From a virus (Duplodnaviria > Caudoviricetes): a stretch of 64,000 bases of DNA. The DNA is taken from positions 59,128 through 123,127 of IMG/VR virus record IMGVR_UViG_3300035208_003581; one strand, 5' to 3'. The notes under the pieces are model-generated. The model saw only the letters and a list, made by a program, of their open reading frames with translations, did no database searches and was not told the origin of the DNA. Below are positions 11,001 through 21,292 of this stretch, piece by piece. The translations under genes and the position numbers were made by a program. Positions within the stretch are counted from its first letter, which is position 1. Each line of letters starts with the position of its first letter.

Positions 11001-12046
11001 ATACTTATGTGTCAGTTGAATATGCACGTACACCATACCAGGGGGATGTTGGTGGGACACAAGAAGGTACTTTGGATGTGTCTTATAAATCTGGTTCATT
11101 AACAAGTCAGGAAATACGAGATTTAATAGATAATCCATTAGATTATGATAATTTAGATTTAGCATATCAAAAATCTTTTGAAGTTTTAGCTTCAACAAAT
11201 TTTATCACTTCTAATGGTAGTGGGTCACTTTCATTTCCAATATCTTTTTTCGATGGTCAAATAAAGGTAGGTTCAGAAGATACTGCCTATTGGCCACCTA
11301 TCAATGGAAGTGTTGATAATCCAGTTGTACATGCTTCTGTAATGGACTCTAATAATTATGATTTAATGAAACCCTCAGAAAGTAATGTGATATCTAATTT
11401 GCCTTTAGGTTCATTTTTCAGAGAGAAAGACTTTAACGGTCAGCTCATTGAATCCTCACATGGGAAGGTTAATTTAGCTATTCTAAATAATTATTTTAAT
11501 TCTCATAAATTATTTATGGAATTACCAAGGTCTTCTGAGTATTTACATTCATCTCAGAATATATTTGGTAAAGAATATACATCATTAAATGGTGCGGGTT
11601 CATGGATTACATTAGTGGATGGCGTGACAGATAATTTGTTAGATACGTCTGGATTTAGAACATCACATGGTGGATCTGCATATATATCAAGTAGACCAAT
11701 TCCAGGAGGTCCAATAGATAGTTATCTTGGTACATTTACATTTGATAGCGACTTCACATCTTCATTTGTTGTTGGTAAAGCATTATTAGTACGTAATAAT
11801 AAAGAAGTATATGCAAATGAAACTTCGTCTGGGGACGAGTTACAGCTTGTTATTATCACACAAGCATACAAACCAGTTGGGTTATCTGGGACTTCTGGGG
11901 AGATATCTATAGCTATATCACCTACAGGTACAGGTGAAGGATATTCAGCAGCAGATAGATTTAAACTCTCAGGTAACCCATTGATTAAGAATCATTCAAG
12001 GTATCAACCAGATACAAGTACTATCACATTAGCAAAGAGGATTTAG
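8015..12046 (+). CDS. Large virion structural protein (baseplate/tail associated)
   Basis: 1343 aa, G/S/T-rich. N-terminal VVWQKGKPPLDSE and DFVFLEVW motifs of the kind seen in large-phage tail/baseplate proteins. Confidence 0.55.
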   Translation: MSDNFGNGVSRTLNSKDHQFSNVVWQKGKPPLDSEFSLITQMIQEIQHKFSEAHYPSGWMGDPLMCIEDYVTNKSWSNYFKFGYQYSGEKRGFPIATVNGWVIPVTATRVGNPPTAPNDTEYSNRVELDPPPSSAGDNRIDFVFLEVWKAQLSPGGTISKPTASSIYNFGNIEFGGTNLSDDIKDPAIGFETSERVQIQYCIRVVSGISLTNVNNGFDPSTVFARGTASSNTTFTYTNMYSELGDAGLWRAGDGDYANSLGAVDGYSYAIPICSVFRRNSVGYNPTSNQNGGVNRNNLAQTRDDATEFVNIPTLLNELSLNATTLTLSNITSTGIPTYSNYIRIDDEIMTYSGVQGNNLINLIRESDPPLSVSTYGSKSQTHSAGTQINLLPIRPDGLFSDEITRDDILDMRHIVSLGNIDYHSLLISNLTNLLHGELKTTWKRSGAAGIRGVKLLYVDQITSVSPAIGVTQLDAPDNHRILFSDAAILQPGNLCIMFPPSSVGDEYSSRSTFDLNPSTCFATLHATSGGSVWSGGTGDDSLRIPISPFKTGFLTGHSDSVRFVLPTEVSDSVVIYVDGDTTKYTADGGYFTVTGSVNGASTDPSDDLIITLDHSTFPNVSSNIYIFFALQYSPGRGLSRKPDDVYNIRFTSTPSDTLARYHDTLHIEPIHLWGKVNPNGYRGESVKNSEAYIDLGSKTLVVCPYRKLTLPRIKIKNGAALNGGLGLMPIGSAPKDVIDPLGLFENHSQDDLYVEIQKEWLSMPTLGDVYTPIVHTTDGSNFSQGINFFLKHTIGLHADLGNYEKNYVNTSLATSQQFFTTVTDVGVPAAYNRSVVITGDSRVASGIRLYNSNGRQGLELPPFYGVSRLWAVYEASDFIDNHGSFNSSDRTEITGNAINLLRPDFDGPTLFIIEDDDGDATFVLNAEAIDLNRLSSPPSDFLSGEYVVEASVFGFDRGFLSDNARIVLSRVRDEGVAAGDDIDAPQFIVPAPLASNTYVSVEYARTPYQGDVGGTQEGTLDVSYKSGSLTSQEIRDLIDNPLDYDNLDLAYQKSFEVLASTNFITSNGSGSLSFPISFFDGQIKVGSEDTAYWPPINGSVDNPVVHASVMDSNNYDLMKPSESNVISNLPLGSFFREKDFNGQLIESSHGKVNLAILNNYFNSHKLFMELPRSSEYLHSSQNIFGKEYTSLNGAGSWITLVDGVTDNLLDTSGFRTSHGGSAYISSRPIPGGPIDSYLGTFTFDSDFTSSFVVGKALLVRNNKEVYANETSSGDELQLVIITQAYKPVGLSGTSGEISIAISPTGTGEGYSAADRFKLSGNPLIKNHSRYQPDTSTITLAKRI

Positions 12047-12257
12047 TCATGGGACAACGTATAATCAGTAAGAAAGATGTTACATCTGATACTCGTAAAT
12101 GGGGGTTAGATGTGGAGATTACACGTATCAAAGAGAAACTTCAAGATCCTGAGTTTAATACACCAGAAAAATCTCAGCAATTAAAGGATAAACTTAATTC
12201 TTTAATTGCTGAAAAAAGAACATTAAAATAATATATTCAAATACTATAGGATTAAAA

Positions 12258-12680
12258 ATGTTGTGGTTATCAAATGTTTGGTCAAAGTTTAAAACTATAA
12301 TTATAGCTTTTGTTGCTGGTATGTTTGCAGTAATTGTTTATATTATTGTAAATAAAACACAAAAAAGTTCTCATCCTGTAAATGATATACCAGATGATCG
12401 TGTAGATGAAAATGGTAAACCTATCCCTATTGGTACTCCTGATGAAGTTGGATATACACAATGGGAAGTACGAGAATTTTCTCCAGGTGTTCTTCAAGGT
12501 AACTCATCTACGTTAATTGTCACAAATGAAGCTGGTAAAAAAGAAAAAGTAGTTCTTCCAACAGGTATTAAAGCTAAAGATGTGTCACATGTGATACAGG
12601 TTAAACCAGATGTATATGCTATCTCTGTTCGTGATGGTTCTAAAGTAGATGCTACATCATTACTAAATGCTTTAAAATAA
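12258..12680 (+). CDS. Membrane-anchored protein (possible lysis accessory)
   Basis: Single N-terminal TM helix; sits at the end of the structural module. Confidence 0.3.
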   Translation: MLWLSNVWSKFKTIIIAFVAGMFAVIVYIIVNKTQKSSHPVNDIPDDRVDENGKPIPIGTPDEVGYTQWEVREFSPGVLQGNSSTLIVTNEAGKKEKVVLPTGIKAKDVSHVIQVKPDVYAISVRDGSKVDATSLLNALK

Positions 12681-12695
12681 TTTGGAGAATGACAT

Positions 12696-13250
12696 ATGTT
12701 TTCTTTATTTCTACTTTTAGTATCAGTGTATCCACAAGCAGATCATTGTATTTCTGATGAATTATTTGATAGTGTAACTGAGACTATAGGTAATTATGCT
12801 TGTCTTCAAAAGAATAAACCAAATATACATTTGGATAATTACAATATTATTTTAGATGAAAATGGACATATATTTAGTGGGCCGGATGCTCAAACAGATA
12901 TTAGTGGTTCTATTTCATGGTGTTCATTTTCCGTTGATTTTAGAGTAAAACAAAAGTTAGTTTTACATAAAAAAAAACCCAGTACTTTAGGATTCAGATT
13001 AAAATTTAAAGCTTATCTTTATGGTAAATTTATTTATATATTAACACCTAAAGAAATGATAGATGCTGGTATAGGTATAGATTTTTTCTATATATGGAAG
13101 TTTAACGTTCAGTTTATTTTGGGGTTTATGTCTTTAGGATTTGGGGTTGGATTTGATATAACCCAAAATTTTGGTGCTGTTATAGGCATAGTAAACCCTT
13201 ATTGGAAATTTGAATTATCTCCTATACTTGGTTTTTACTTCACATTTTAA
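12696..13250 (+). CDS. Secreted/outer-membrane beta-strand protein
   Basis: Signal peptide; alternating amphipathic C-terminal strands ending in aromatic ...LGFYFTF. Confidence 0.4.
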   Translation: MFSLFLLLVSVYPQADHCISDELFDSVTETIGNYACLQKNKPNIHLDNYNIILDENGHIFSGPDAQTDISGSISWCSFSVDFRVKQKLVLHKKKPSTLGFRLKFKAYLYGKFIYILTPKEMIDAGIGIDFFYIWKFNVQFILGFMSLGFGVGFDITQNFGAVIGIVNPYWKFELSPILGFYFTF

Positions 13251-13308
13251 ATTTTTACTGTCTTTTTGTAGTATACCATGTTTCATTTTGTACTATTGGA
13301 GATGTATC

Positions 13309-14901
13309 GTGCCTTTAGCTATACCTGCTGTATATGAGAATTTGAAAAAAGTAAGAGTTTCTAAAACTGTGAGTCTTAAACCAAGTCAAGGTGTTCGAGA
13401 TACTATCATTGCTGAAAATGGAGATAAGATTCAATTTAAACTAAGAAATTATCAAAGCATTGGTGTATATCATCTTCTTACAATGAAGAGATTTCTATTA
13501 GGTGACGATACGGGGTTAGGTAAAACCATTCAAGTGCTTTCAACATTTTCATATTTATATGACCGTAATCCTAATTATAAATGCATTATTATCGCTCCTA
13601 AAAGTGCTTTAGTTCAATGGCAAAATGAAATGGAAAGGTTTTTATGTGACCTTCGTGGGATTCATGTAAAAGGTACATTAAAAGAACGTATACAATTATA
13701 TTCTGACTTTTTCTCTTCTAAAAATAAAGATAAATGTTCTTTAATTCTTAATTATCATACTTTAACAAGAGATTGGGATGAAATTAAAGAATGCATAGAT
13801 GCAAACAAACCTTTAGATATTTTAACGGTATTTGATGAAGCTGTAGCCTTTAAAAATCCTAAGACTAAAACACATGAAATATGTTCAGAACTAAGTGTTA
13901 TTTCAGACAGAGTTTACGGTCTTACTGCAACTGTTCTTAAAAATAATTTAATGGAAGGATTTGGAGTATTTAAAATAATAGTCCCTGGTATTTGGAAAAA
14001 TAAAACTAGGTTCATGAACGATTTTTGTATTACTCGCATGCAGAAGGTGACAAATAAAACTGGTCGTAAAATACAAATACCTATTGTGATTGGTTATCAG
14101 AATTTAAATAAATTCAGGAATGATATAGATCCTTATTTTTTAGGGCGTGCTAAAAATGAAGTTTCTGATGAGCTTCCTAAAATTATTACCAGAGAAATAA
14201 ATCTTGATCTCACACCAGAACAAGAGAAAAAATATGCTGAATCACTCGAAGGTTTCTTAATATTATCTGATGAAGTAAAGGAAACTACTAAACTTACTCA
14301 ATTGATTTATTGTCAACAAATTGTTGATAGTCTTTATTTATTAGGTATAGAAGCTAAATCAAATAAAGAAGAAGAGTTATTTCGTCTTTTAGAGGAAGAA
14401 TTAAGTAATGAAAAAGTAATTATTTATTCAAATTATCGTAAAATGGTAGATAGATTAGAGACATTATTTATTGAAAAGAAAATTAAATGTACTCGTATTA
14501 CAGGTGTTGAAAAAGATAATGAAAGAGAAGATAACAAAAGAGCATTTCAAGATCCTAATAGTGGTATAGATATCATTATGATCACGAATGCGGGTAGTGC
14601 TGCAATTAATTTACAAGCAGCATCTACACTTATATTTTTTGATTCTCCATGGTCATATGGTGATTATAAGCAATTATTAGGTCGTATGGTACGTATAGGT
14701 TCTAAACATTCAACAGTATTGGTACTTCATTTTGTAGTAACTAATACTATAGATAAATATGTATTAAAAACATTACAGAAAAAAAAGGGTATAATAGATC
14801 CATTAATAAGTGGTGACAGTGATGCATTAGATTTTGATTCAACTTCAGATATAGATGAGATTTTTAATCTTTTGAAAAAAGATGCTGAGAGGATTAAATG
14901 A
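13309..14901 (+). CDS. SNF2/SF2 family helicase
   Basis: LGDDTGLGKT (I), FDEA (II), GLTAT (III), QLLGRMVRIG (VI). Likely GTG start at 13309 after GGAGA. Confidence 0.92.
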   Translation: MPLAIPAVYENLKKVRVSKTVSLKPSQGVRDTIIAENGDKIQFKLRNYQSIGVYHLLTMKRFLLGDDTGLGKTIQVLSTFSYLYDRNPNYKCIIIAPKSALVQWQNEMERFLCDLRGIHVKGTLKERIQLYSDFFSSKNKDKCSLILNYHTLTRDWDEIKECIDANKPLDILTVFDEAVAFKNPKTKTHEICSELSVISDRVYGLTATVLKNNLMEGFGVFKIIVPGIWKNKTRFMNDFCITRMQKVTNKTGRKIQIPIVIGYQNLNKFRNDIDPYFLGRAKNEVSDELPKIITREINLDLTPEQEKKYAESLEGFLILSDEVKETTKLTQLIYCQQIVDSLYLLGIEAKSNKEEELFRLLEEELSNEKVIIYSNYRKMVDRLETLFIEKKIKCTRITGVEKDNEREDNKRAFQDPNSGIDIIMITNAGSAAINLQAASTLIFFDSPWSYGDYKQLLGRMVRIGSKHSTVLVLHFVVTNTIDKYVLKTLQKKKGIIDPLISGDSDALDFDSTSDIDEIFNLLKKDAERIK

Positions 14902-15659
14902 GTGTATATGCAGACCCAAATTGTACATTATGTTATGGATCTGGATCAATACGTCATATCAGTGAGCAGCATGATTTGTATGGTGAAAATTATGAATATT
15001 TTACTAAATGTACATGCGTTCAAAAACTCGAAATAAAAGCAAAATTAGAAAAAACATATCCTGATTTTTTATTTATTGGAAATTCAGATATGATCACTAC
15101 AATTCTCACAGAAAAATCAGATACTAATATGCTTCTTTATGGTGATTTTAGACAGATACTTATACATATACGTTATTATCTTATCCAACAATATCTTAAA
15201 AATTCTAACTATTTTTGCATGGTTAAGACAGATAAAGAGCTTTTGGAAATGTGGTTTCATAAAAAAGATGATATATCATATTTCACAGACTTACTTAAAA
15301 CACCAGATTTAATAGTTGTATTAGCAGATCATGTTTCATATAAAATGAAGCATTTATCAGGTGTATTATGTGAAGTTTTACAATCACGTAATAGATTTGG
15401 AAAAGGTAAATTACCTATTTGGTTTTATGCAGGTGAGTTTGATCCTATTACACGTAGTAATCAATATCTTTATACAGATGCTAAAATTTTAAATATATTG
15501 AAAACATATGATCAATTTTATATTGAACCAGTTGAGAATATGGTGGTAAGACATGTAGACCATTCTGAATCTTCATCTCTTATGGAAACTGTATCAACAA
15601 CAGTTCCATCTGAAACTAGTTCACAATTTGCTGCAGCTAAATCAATTTTTGATGCTTAA
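14898..15659 (+). CDS. DnaC-like helicase loader, degenerate ATPase
   Basis: N-terminal CxxC-GSG...CxC zinc motif, remnant AAA fold lacking GKT, immediately upstream of DnaB. Confidence 0.5.
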   Translation: MSVYADPNCTLCYGSGSIRHISEQHDLYGENYEYFTKCTCVQKLEIKAKLEKTYPDFLFIGNSDMITTILTEKSDTNMLLYGDFRQILIHIRYYLIQQYLKNSNYFCMVKTDKELLEMWFHKKDDISYFTDLLKTPDLIVVLADHVSYKMKHLSGVLCEVLQSRNRFGKGKLPIWFYAGEFDPITRSNQYLYTDAKILNILKTYDQFYIEPVENMVVRHVDHSESSSLMETVSTTVPSETSSQFAAAKSIFDA

Positions 15660-15674
15660 TTAAGGTATGTATAT

Positions 15675-17153
15675 ATGAAACGCATTTTACGGTCTCTTAT
15701 TGATGTATCGGATGATCGTGGATTTCCAACAATTTCAAACGATGATTTGAAAAGTAATTTCATTAAAGTTAGGGATATAAAACTTGAAATGAAATTATCT
15801 GAAGATCATGATATATTTGAATTTATAAGGTCATATTTTCATTCATTTAGAGAGTGCCCAAGTATACTTACTATTTATGATAAATATAATGATGGAGAAC
15901 ACCAAAGTTTAATTGATCGACTTGATGAAATTAAAGATACTCGTCCCTATATAAAATCTAATTTTGAAAATCTTATAATTCACCATATTGAAGAACAGCA
16001 TGAAGATAAATGTAAAGATGTTTTAAGCACTGCTATTGAAATTTTAAATAGTGGTGTAACAATTAATATCAGTAAAAGAAAACAAGAGCATAAAAAAGGT
16101 TATCGAGATGCCCTTAAATATATTGTAAAAGAATCCGATGAATTACTTTCAACAGATTTAAAGAATACAAAATTAAAAGGTAATGTTCGTGATAATATTG
16201 ATATGATTCAAAATGTGTATTTTGAAACAAAAAATGATCCATCAAAAAAAATAGGTAGATTTTGTGGGTTATCTAACATTGATATGAATAATAAAGGTAT
16301 TAAAAAAGGTGAACTATGGATACATGCTGCCTATACTGGTGAAATGAAAACTACATTTGCTGTAAATTGGGCATATAATAATTGTACTCGGTATGGTTGG
16401 AATTCATACTATTTATCATTAGAGATGCCATATGAACAGTTAAATGCTATGATATGGTGTTTACATTCAGCAAATAATAAATTTATATCACAGGGATATA
16501 AACCTGTTGATTATAGAAAATATCGCGATGGTAATTTAACCAATGAAGAAGAGGATTATTTCTTTAATGTGGTATGTCGTGATTTTTCAGAGTGTGACTA
16601 TTATGGTAATATTTTTGTTGAACGTACTGTTGAAGATTTAACTATACCTGAGATAAAATCATTAGCAGAAATGTATCACCAAGATAACCCTATTGATTTG
16701 ATGTTTATAGACCATGGTGGTTTAGTGCCTCCTACAATACATACTTCTGATTTTAGTTTAGCTCAAAATTCTGTTATTCGAGATGCAAAAAAACTTGCTT
16801 TAAATTTTGATAATGGTCAAGGAATACCATTAGTACTTTTATTTCAAATTAATCGACAAGGTAAAGCAGAGGCTGATAAAAAAGATGGTCATTATCGTAT
16901 GCGTGATTTATCATATGCTAATGAAGCAGAAAAAAGTGCTGATGTAATTACATATACTTATTTAGATGATGAGCTAAGGAAAGATTCTAAAGTTAAATTT
17001 GGTAATTTGAAAAATAGAGATAACCCATTATTTGATCAATTCCAAGCTGAAGTTATATTTTCATGTCGTCGAATTTATAATCTTGAGTTAGGTACAATAT
17101 CGGATACGCAAGTAACCGAGCAAACAAGTGATATACTTAAATTTTTAGGGTGA
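15675..17153 (+). CDS. DnaB-like replicative helicase
   Basis: GELWIHAAYTGEMKT, YLSLEM, MFIDH, FQINR, EKSAD and LKNR motifs. Confidence 0.88.
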   Translation: MKRILRSLIDVSDDRGFPTISNDDLKSNFIKVRDIKLEMKLSEDHDIFEFIRSYFHSFRECPSILTIYDKYNDGEHQSLIDRLDEIKDTRPYIKSNFENLIIHHIEEQHEDKCKDVLSTAIEILNSGVTINISKRKQEHKKGYRDALKYIVKESDELLSTDLKNTKLKGNVRDNIDMIQNVYFETKNDPSKKIGRFCGLSNIDMNNKGIKKGELWIHAAYTGEMKTTFAVNWAYNNCTRYGWNSYYLSLEMPYEQLNAMIWCLHSANNKFISQGYKPVDYRKYRDGNLTNEEEDYFFNVVCRDFSECDYYGNIFVERTVEDLTIPEIKSLAEMYHQDNPIDLMFIDHGGLVPPTIHTSDFSLAQNSVIRDAKKLALNFDNGQGIPLVLLFQINRQGKAEADKKDGHYRMRDLSYANEAEKSADVITYTYLDDELRKDSKVKFGNLKNRDNPLFDQFQAEVIFSCRRIYNLELGTISDTQVTEQTSDILKFLG

Positions 17154-17160
17154 TATCATA

Positions 17161-17733
17161 ATGGCAAATCCTTGGGTTGAGTACATAAAATCTAATGTAT
17201 CTATGAAAGATGTACTTAGGTTTTATAATGTTGGAATGAATCAACCATCTGCAGATATCACTCAATTTGCATGCCCTCTTCATGGTGATTCACAAGATGG
17301 CACACCTTCAGCTCGTTTATATGAGACAGATACAGCTTATTGTTGGGGATGTGATAAATATTACGATACTATTTCTTTTGTACAGACATACGAAGGTAAA
17401 AATTTCCATGACACATTAAGGTTCATAGAAAGAACATTTAAGTTAACTCCATTCCAAATTAAAAATGAAAAAGAAAAAAAAGAGAAGTTTATAGTTAATC
17501 TTGAAAAAGAAGTAAAAATTGATCCTCAATCACATTTAAGTTCACTGGAGAAAATTTTAGTAAGGAATAAAAAATATTGTACTTTTGAAGAATATGTAAA
17601 ATTTTGTTATGCTTTGGATGTTCTTAATCAAATGTATAGTAAGAAATTAAAAGTTGATGATGAGATCATACTTATGTCTAGAAAATTAAAAGAAAAAATA
17701 CTTTTAAGAGTACATGATGACTCAAACTATTAA
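17161..17733 (+). CDS. CHC2 zinc-finger (DnaG ZBD-like) protein
   Basis: CPLH...TPS...YCWGC...DTISFV; no TOPRIM domain in 190 aa. Confidence 0.8.
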   Translation: MANPWVEYIKSNVSMKDVLRFYNVGMNQPSADITQFACPLHGDSQDGTPSARLYETDTAYCWGCDKYYDTISFVQTYEGKNFHDTLRFIERTFKLTPFQIKNEKEKKEKFIVNLEKEVKIDPQSHLSSLEKILVRNKKYCTFEEYVKFCYALDVLNQMYSKKLKVDDEIILMSRKLKEKILLRVHDDSNY

Positions 17734-18145
17734 GATAGTAGGTGCTCCTCTGTTTGAGGTGTATTTTAACCCTATTTTTTCTAAAAATGGTGTATGGCAA
17801 GAAAAATATAGAGTATTACAAGATCATTATAAATCTAAATATATAATATCTTTATTCTCATATTCTACAAAAGAGCATTATGAAGATGCTATTTATGGAT
17901 ATGTTTTACCTTTTATGAAAGATCTTACATTAAATCCAGAAACATGTTTATTAAAAATAGGTGGTAAATCCGTTGAATGTTGTGAGAGAAATTTTTGTAC
18001 TATGTATAATAGTAAATGCTCTTTGCAATTAGGGATGAGCTTATGTTTCGAATTGTGTGCTGCAGAGTCAATCATCGATGTACTTATCCGTGACATAATT
18101 CGTGGATGGTCAGAGAATAAATATTGGGTAGTTATTAGGGAGTAA
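17714..18145 (+). CDS. Hypothetical Cys-cluster protein
   Basis: ORF coupled between the primase ZBD and polymerase genes; Cys-rich C-terminal half. Confidence 0.5.
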   Translation: MMTQTIKIVGAPLFEVYFNPIFSKNGVWQEKYRVLQDHYKSKYIISLFSYSTKEHYEDAIYGYVLPFMKDLTLNPETCLLKIGGKSVECCERNFCTMYNSKCSLQLGMSLCFELCAAESIIDVLIRDIIRGWSENKYWVVIRE

Positions 18146-18147
18146 AA

Positions 18148-20670
18148 ATGGCTTCAAAAAAAGATATTAATATTCAAGATATGGTATTTGATTTAGGAGG
18201 AGTTGATGTTTCAATTCCATCTTGGATTAAAAACAAAAATTTTAGATGTGCAAAAACTATTGAAGAGGTAAGAGAATACATTGATAAAGCTATTTCAAAT
18301 GGTATTGCAAGCTTAGATACTGAAACTGAAGGGTTAGATACACGTGTCTATTTGAATGAAGAAACAAATAAATATGAAACTGTACATAAAATCGTAGGAT
18401 TTTGTGTTTCAGCTGATATAGATTCAGGTATGTATATACCAATACGCCATAAACGTGGTATAGAACACAATTTAGATATAGACTTGGTTGAAAAGGAAAT
18501 TACTAGATTAGGTGAAAATACATTACTTGTATTTCATAATTCAAAATTTGATTTGGAAATGTTAGAATTTATGGGGAATCCATTATCAATTCTTAAACAC
18601 ACTCAATTTGAGGATACTCAAATTGCTTTATTTATTCGTGATCCTAATGACAAACGTACAGGTTTGAAAATTGCTTCACAAACCCATCTCGGTGTCACTC
18701 AGATTGAACTTGAAGAATTATTCCCAAAAAGTACTACAAATTTAGATTTTTCAGAACTATCTCCTACTGATAATGGAGTAGCTGAGTATGGTTGTTCGGA
18801 TGCATGTTGCACATTGATGTTATGGGAACAAATAAAGTGGGTAGCTGAAAAATATAAAGTATCATATACATTAGAAAAAGCATTGATTGGTCCTTTACGT
18901 CGCATGGAACGTAACAGAGTGTTAATTGATGTTGATTTAATTAAGCAATTAAAAATTGGTGCTGAAGAACGTAGAGAAGAGATTGTGAGACTCTTCTTAG
19001 AAGCTCAGAAACCTTACTGTAATGAAAATGAAACTTTTGAGATATCTTCACCTCAACAAATATCTACATTGCTGTACGAACGAATTGGGATACCTACAGA
19101 GGATATTTTAGAGAAAGGTGAAACTGACCATTTATCTACGAGTAAGAATGCTGTAGATCTTTTGAAAGAAAAGTTTGAAGATCGATATCCAATTTTAGAT
19201 TATATTATTGAATATCGTATGCTTCATAATGTAATTACAAAATTCCATATTCCTATGATTGAGAATGTTGATAGTAATAATGAAGGTAGGTTACAATTTA
19301 ATGCTTTAGTGGCAGATACTGCTCGATTATCATCTTCAAAAGGTAAAGACGGTCATGGATTTTTAGGTATTAATTCCCATGCTATTCCAAGACCTAAAGA
19401 TAATACAAAACCTGAATTTTCAAGATTGATACGTAAGGCTATCAAAGCTCGTCCTGGTTTTGTAATAGCAAAAATAGATTTCAGTGGTGAGGAATTAAGA
19501 ATTGCAACTAATCTTAGTAAAGAACCTAAATGGATTAAAGAATTCAATGAAGGTTCTGGTGATCTTCATACACTCATGTCTATAAATATATTCGGTAATA
19601 TTGATGGTAATAATAGAAGTTATGCAAAGAATGTAAATTTTGCATTGTTGTATGGTGGTGGGCCAGGTGCAGTAAAACGTAATACAAAATTACCTATGAT
19701 CACATGTAAGGATATCGTTAAAAAATATTTTGAAAAAGTACCAATATTGAAGAAATGGATTGATACTCAAAAGAAATTTGCTAAGGCAAATAAAATAGTT
19801 TATTCCGCAATGGGTAGACCGTTTCCATTACCTCAAATGGAATCTGGAGATCCTTCTATAATTGCTTTTGGTGAACGTAAAGCTATAAATTCCCCAATTC
19901 AAGGTACTGGTGCTGATATCATTAAAACATCAATTGTTCGGGTTGATAAGCTATTCCGTGATAAAAATTGGTGGCCGGAACAAGCTCGATTACTTATGAA
20001 TGTTCATGATGAGTTAGTTATAGAATTGAAAAAAGAAATTTTAGAAGAAGCTCTTCCTCTCATTTGTGATGAAATGACACTATTTGGTCGTCAAATGAAA
20101 TGGGAAGTCCCATTAGAAGTTGAACCATTGATAGGTGAATCTTGGTTTGTGAAAAATGATTGGAATAAAATGAAATTAGGTGAAGAAGAAATACCTGATT
20201 TTCTTAAAGGATTTATCACAGTAGATCGTAAATTGAGTGGTGTAGCACGTATCCCAGAGATAAAATTAGAACCACAGGTAAAAAAACAAACCGTGCTTGA
20301 ATCATCACATCTTATATCTAATACTACTATTGATGATAGTGAACCTTTAAATACAGATAGTAAAGATAATAAAGAACCACAACATATTAAACCTCAAATG
20401 AATGAAAGACAAAACTCTATGGTTAATGTAAATCAATTATTTGATATACCAGAAGTATATAAATTTGATTTGACTAGTCCACTAAATACAAGAACGTATA
20501 ATACATTAAAAAACATATGCACATGGGCTTCAACTCCTACTCTTGTACCAGCTTCTACAATTCTTGTTATAAAGAATATGGCAGATGGTAAAGAAATTAT
20601 CGGAGAAAATTTAAATATTCGTGTAGACTTATTAAAGTTTATTGTTTTAGCAGAAACATTTAATTTATAG
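18148..20670 (+). CDS. polA: Family A DNA polymerase with 3'-5' exonuclease
   Basis: Exo I LDTET, Exo II HNSKFD, Exo III YGCSD; motif A DFSGEELR, motif B RSYAKNVNFALLYG, NSPIQGTGAD, motif C VHDEL. Confidence 0.95.
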   Translation: MASKKDINIQDMVFDLGGVDVSIPSWIKNKNFRCAKTIEEVREYIDKAISNGIASLDTETEGLDTRVYLNEETNKYETVHKIVGFCVSADIDSGMYIPIRHKRGIEHNLDIDLVEKEITRLGENTLLVFHNSKFDLEMLEFMGNPLSILKHTQFEDTQIALFIRDPNDKRTGLKIASQTHLGVTQIELEELFPKSTTNLDFSELSPTDNGVAEYGCSDACCTLMLWEQIKWVAEKYKVSYTLEKALIGPLRRMERNRVLIDVDLIKQLKIGAEERREEIVRLFLEAQKPYCNENETFEISSPQQISTLLYERIGIPTEDILEKGETDHLSTSKNAVDLLKEKFEDRYPILDYIIEYRMLHNVITKFHIPMIENVDSNNEGRLQFNALVADTARLSSSKGKDGHGFLGINSHAIPRPKDNTKPEFSRLIRKAIKARPGFVIAKIDFSGEELRIATNLSKEPKWIKEFNEGSGDLHTLMSINIFGNIDGNNRSYAKNVNFALLYGGGPGAVKRNTKLPMITCKDIVKKYFEKVPILKKWIDTQKKFAKANKIVYSAMGRPFPLPQMESGDPSIIAFGERKAINSPIQGTGADIIKTSIVRVDKLFRDKNWWPEQARLLMNVHDELVIELKKEILEEALPLICDEMTLFGRQMKWEVPLEVEPLIGESWFVKNDWNKMKLGEEEIPDFLKGFITVDRKLSGVARIPEIKLEPQVKKQTVLESSHLISNTTIDDSEPLNTDSKDNKEPQHIKPQMNERQNSMVNVNQLFDIPEVYKFDLTSPLNTRTYNTLKNICTWASTPTLVPASTILVIKNMADGKEIIGENLNIRVDLLKFIVLAETFNL

Positions 20671-20678
20671 GAAGTAGT

Positions 20679-21089
20679 ATGCATCGTTTAAAAGAAAGAG
20701 TAGAACAATTGGAAAGTATCCTTGTTGGGGTTGTGAAAGAAAATGATAATCCTCTGTTATCAAACAGATTAGATACTGCTATATCTTTTGTTAAAGATAC
20801 TTCTATGGAAGTGGCAAAGATAGAAAAATTGTTAGAAAATCTTTTAAATGAACTTGGATATAAAAATATATTATCAAGTTCTAAAATAAATGAAATAAAG
20901 TTAAGTTCTGATTTACAAACTGAATTGAGTTTTAATAAATCAAAATTAGCAGATTTAATTCGTAGAGAAAATGAAATAAGTATGCATCAAATGCCACTAG
21001 AATTAAAAGAAGGTATTAAAAAATCAAAAAAAGATTTAGTTGATAAAATTAATAGTTTGGAATTACAATTAAAAATGGTGAAGGAATGA
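20679..21089 (+). CDS. Hypothetical coiled-coil protein
   Basis: ORF with RBS and heptad pattern. Confidence 0.5.
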   Translation: MHRLKERVEQLESILVGVVKENDNPLLSNRLDTAISFVKDTSMEVAKIEKLLENLLNELGYKNILSSSKINEIKLSSDLQTELSFNKSKLADLIRRENEISMHQMPLELKEGIKKSKKDLVDKINSLELQLKMVKE

Positions 21090-21292
21090 AAAATACAATC
21101 ATAACTGCGGTATGTAGTGTTGGAGATCAATTTCCACCACAACATGCATTACAAGGTATCGTTCCAGACCCATCAAAAGAATTTAAAGCATATGAACTTT
21201 ATGAACGGTGGAAGAGACTTTGCTATAAAACAAAGATGGGTATTGGGTGTGAGAAGTGTCAGTTTTTTAAAGTTATTTGGAAATAAATAATT

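Noticed and set aside
969-11198. Short alternative-frame and antisense ORFs inside large genes
   Set aside because: Shadow ORFs without RBS or motifs.
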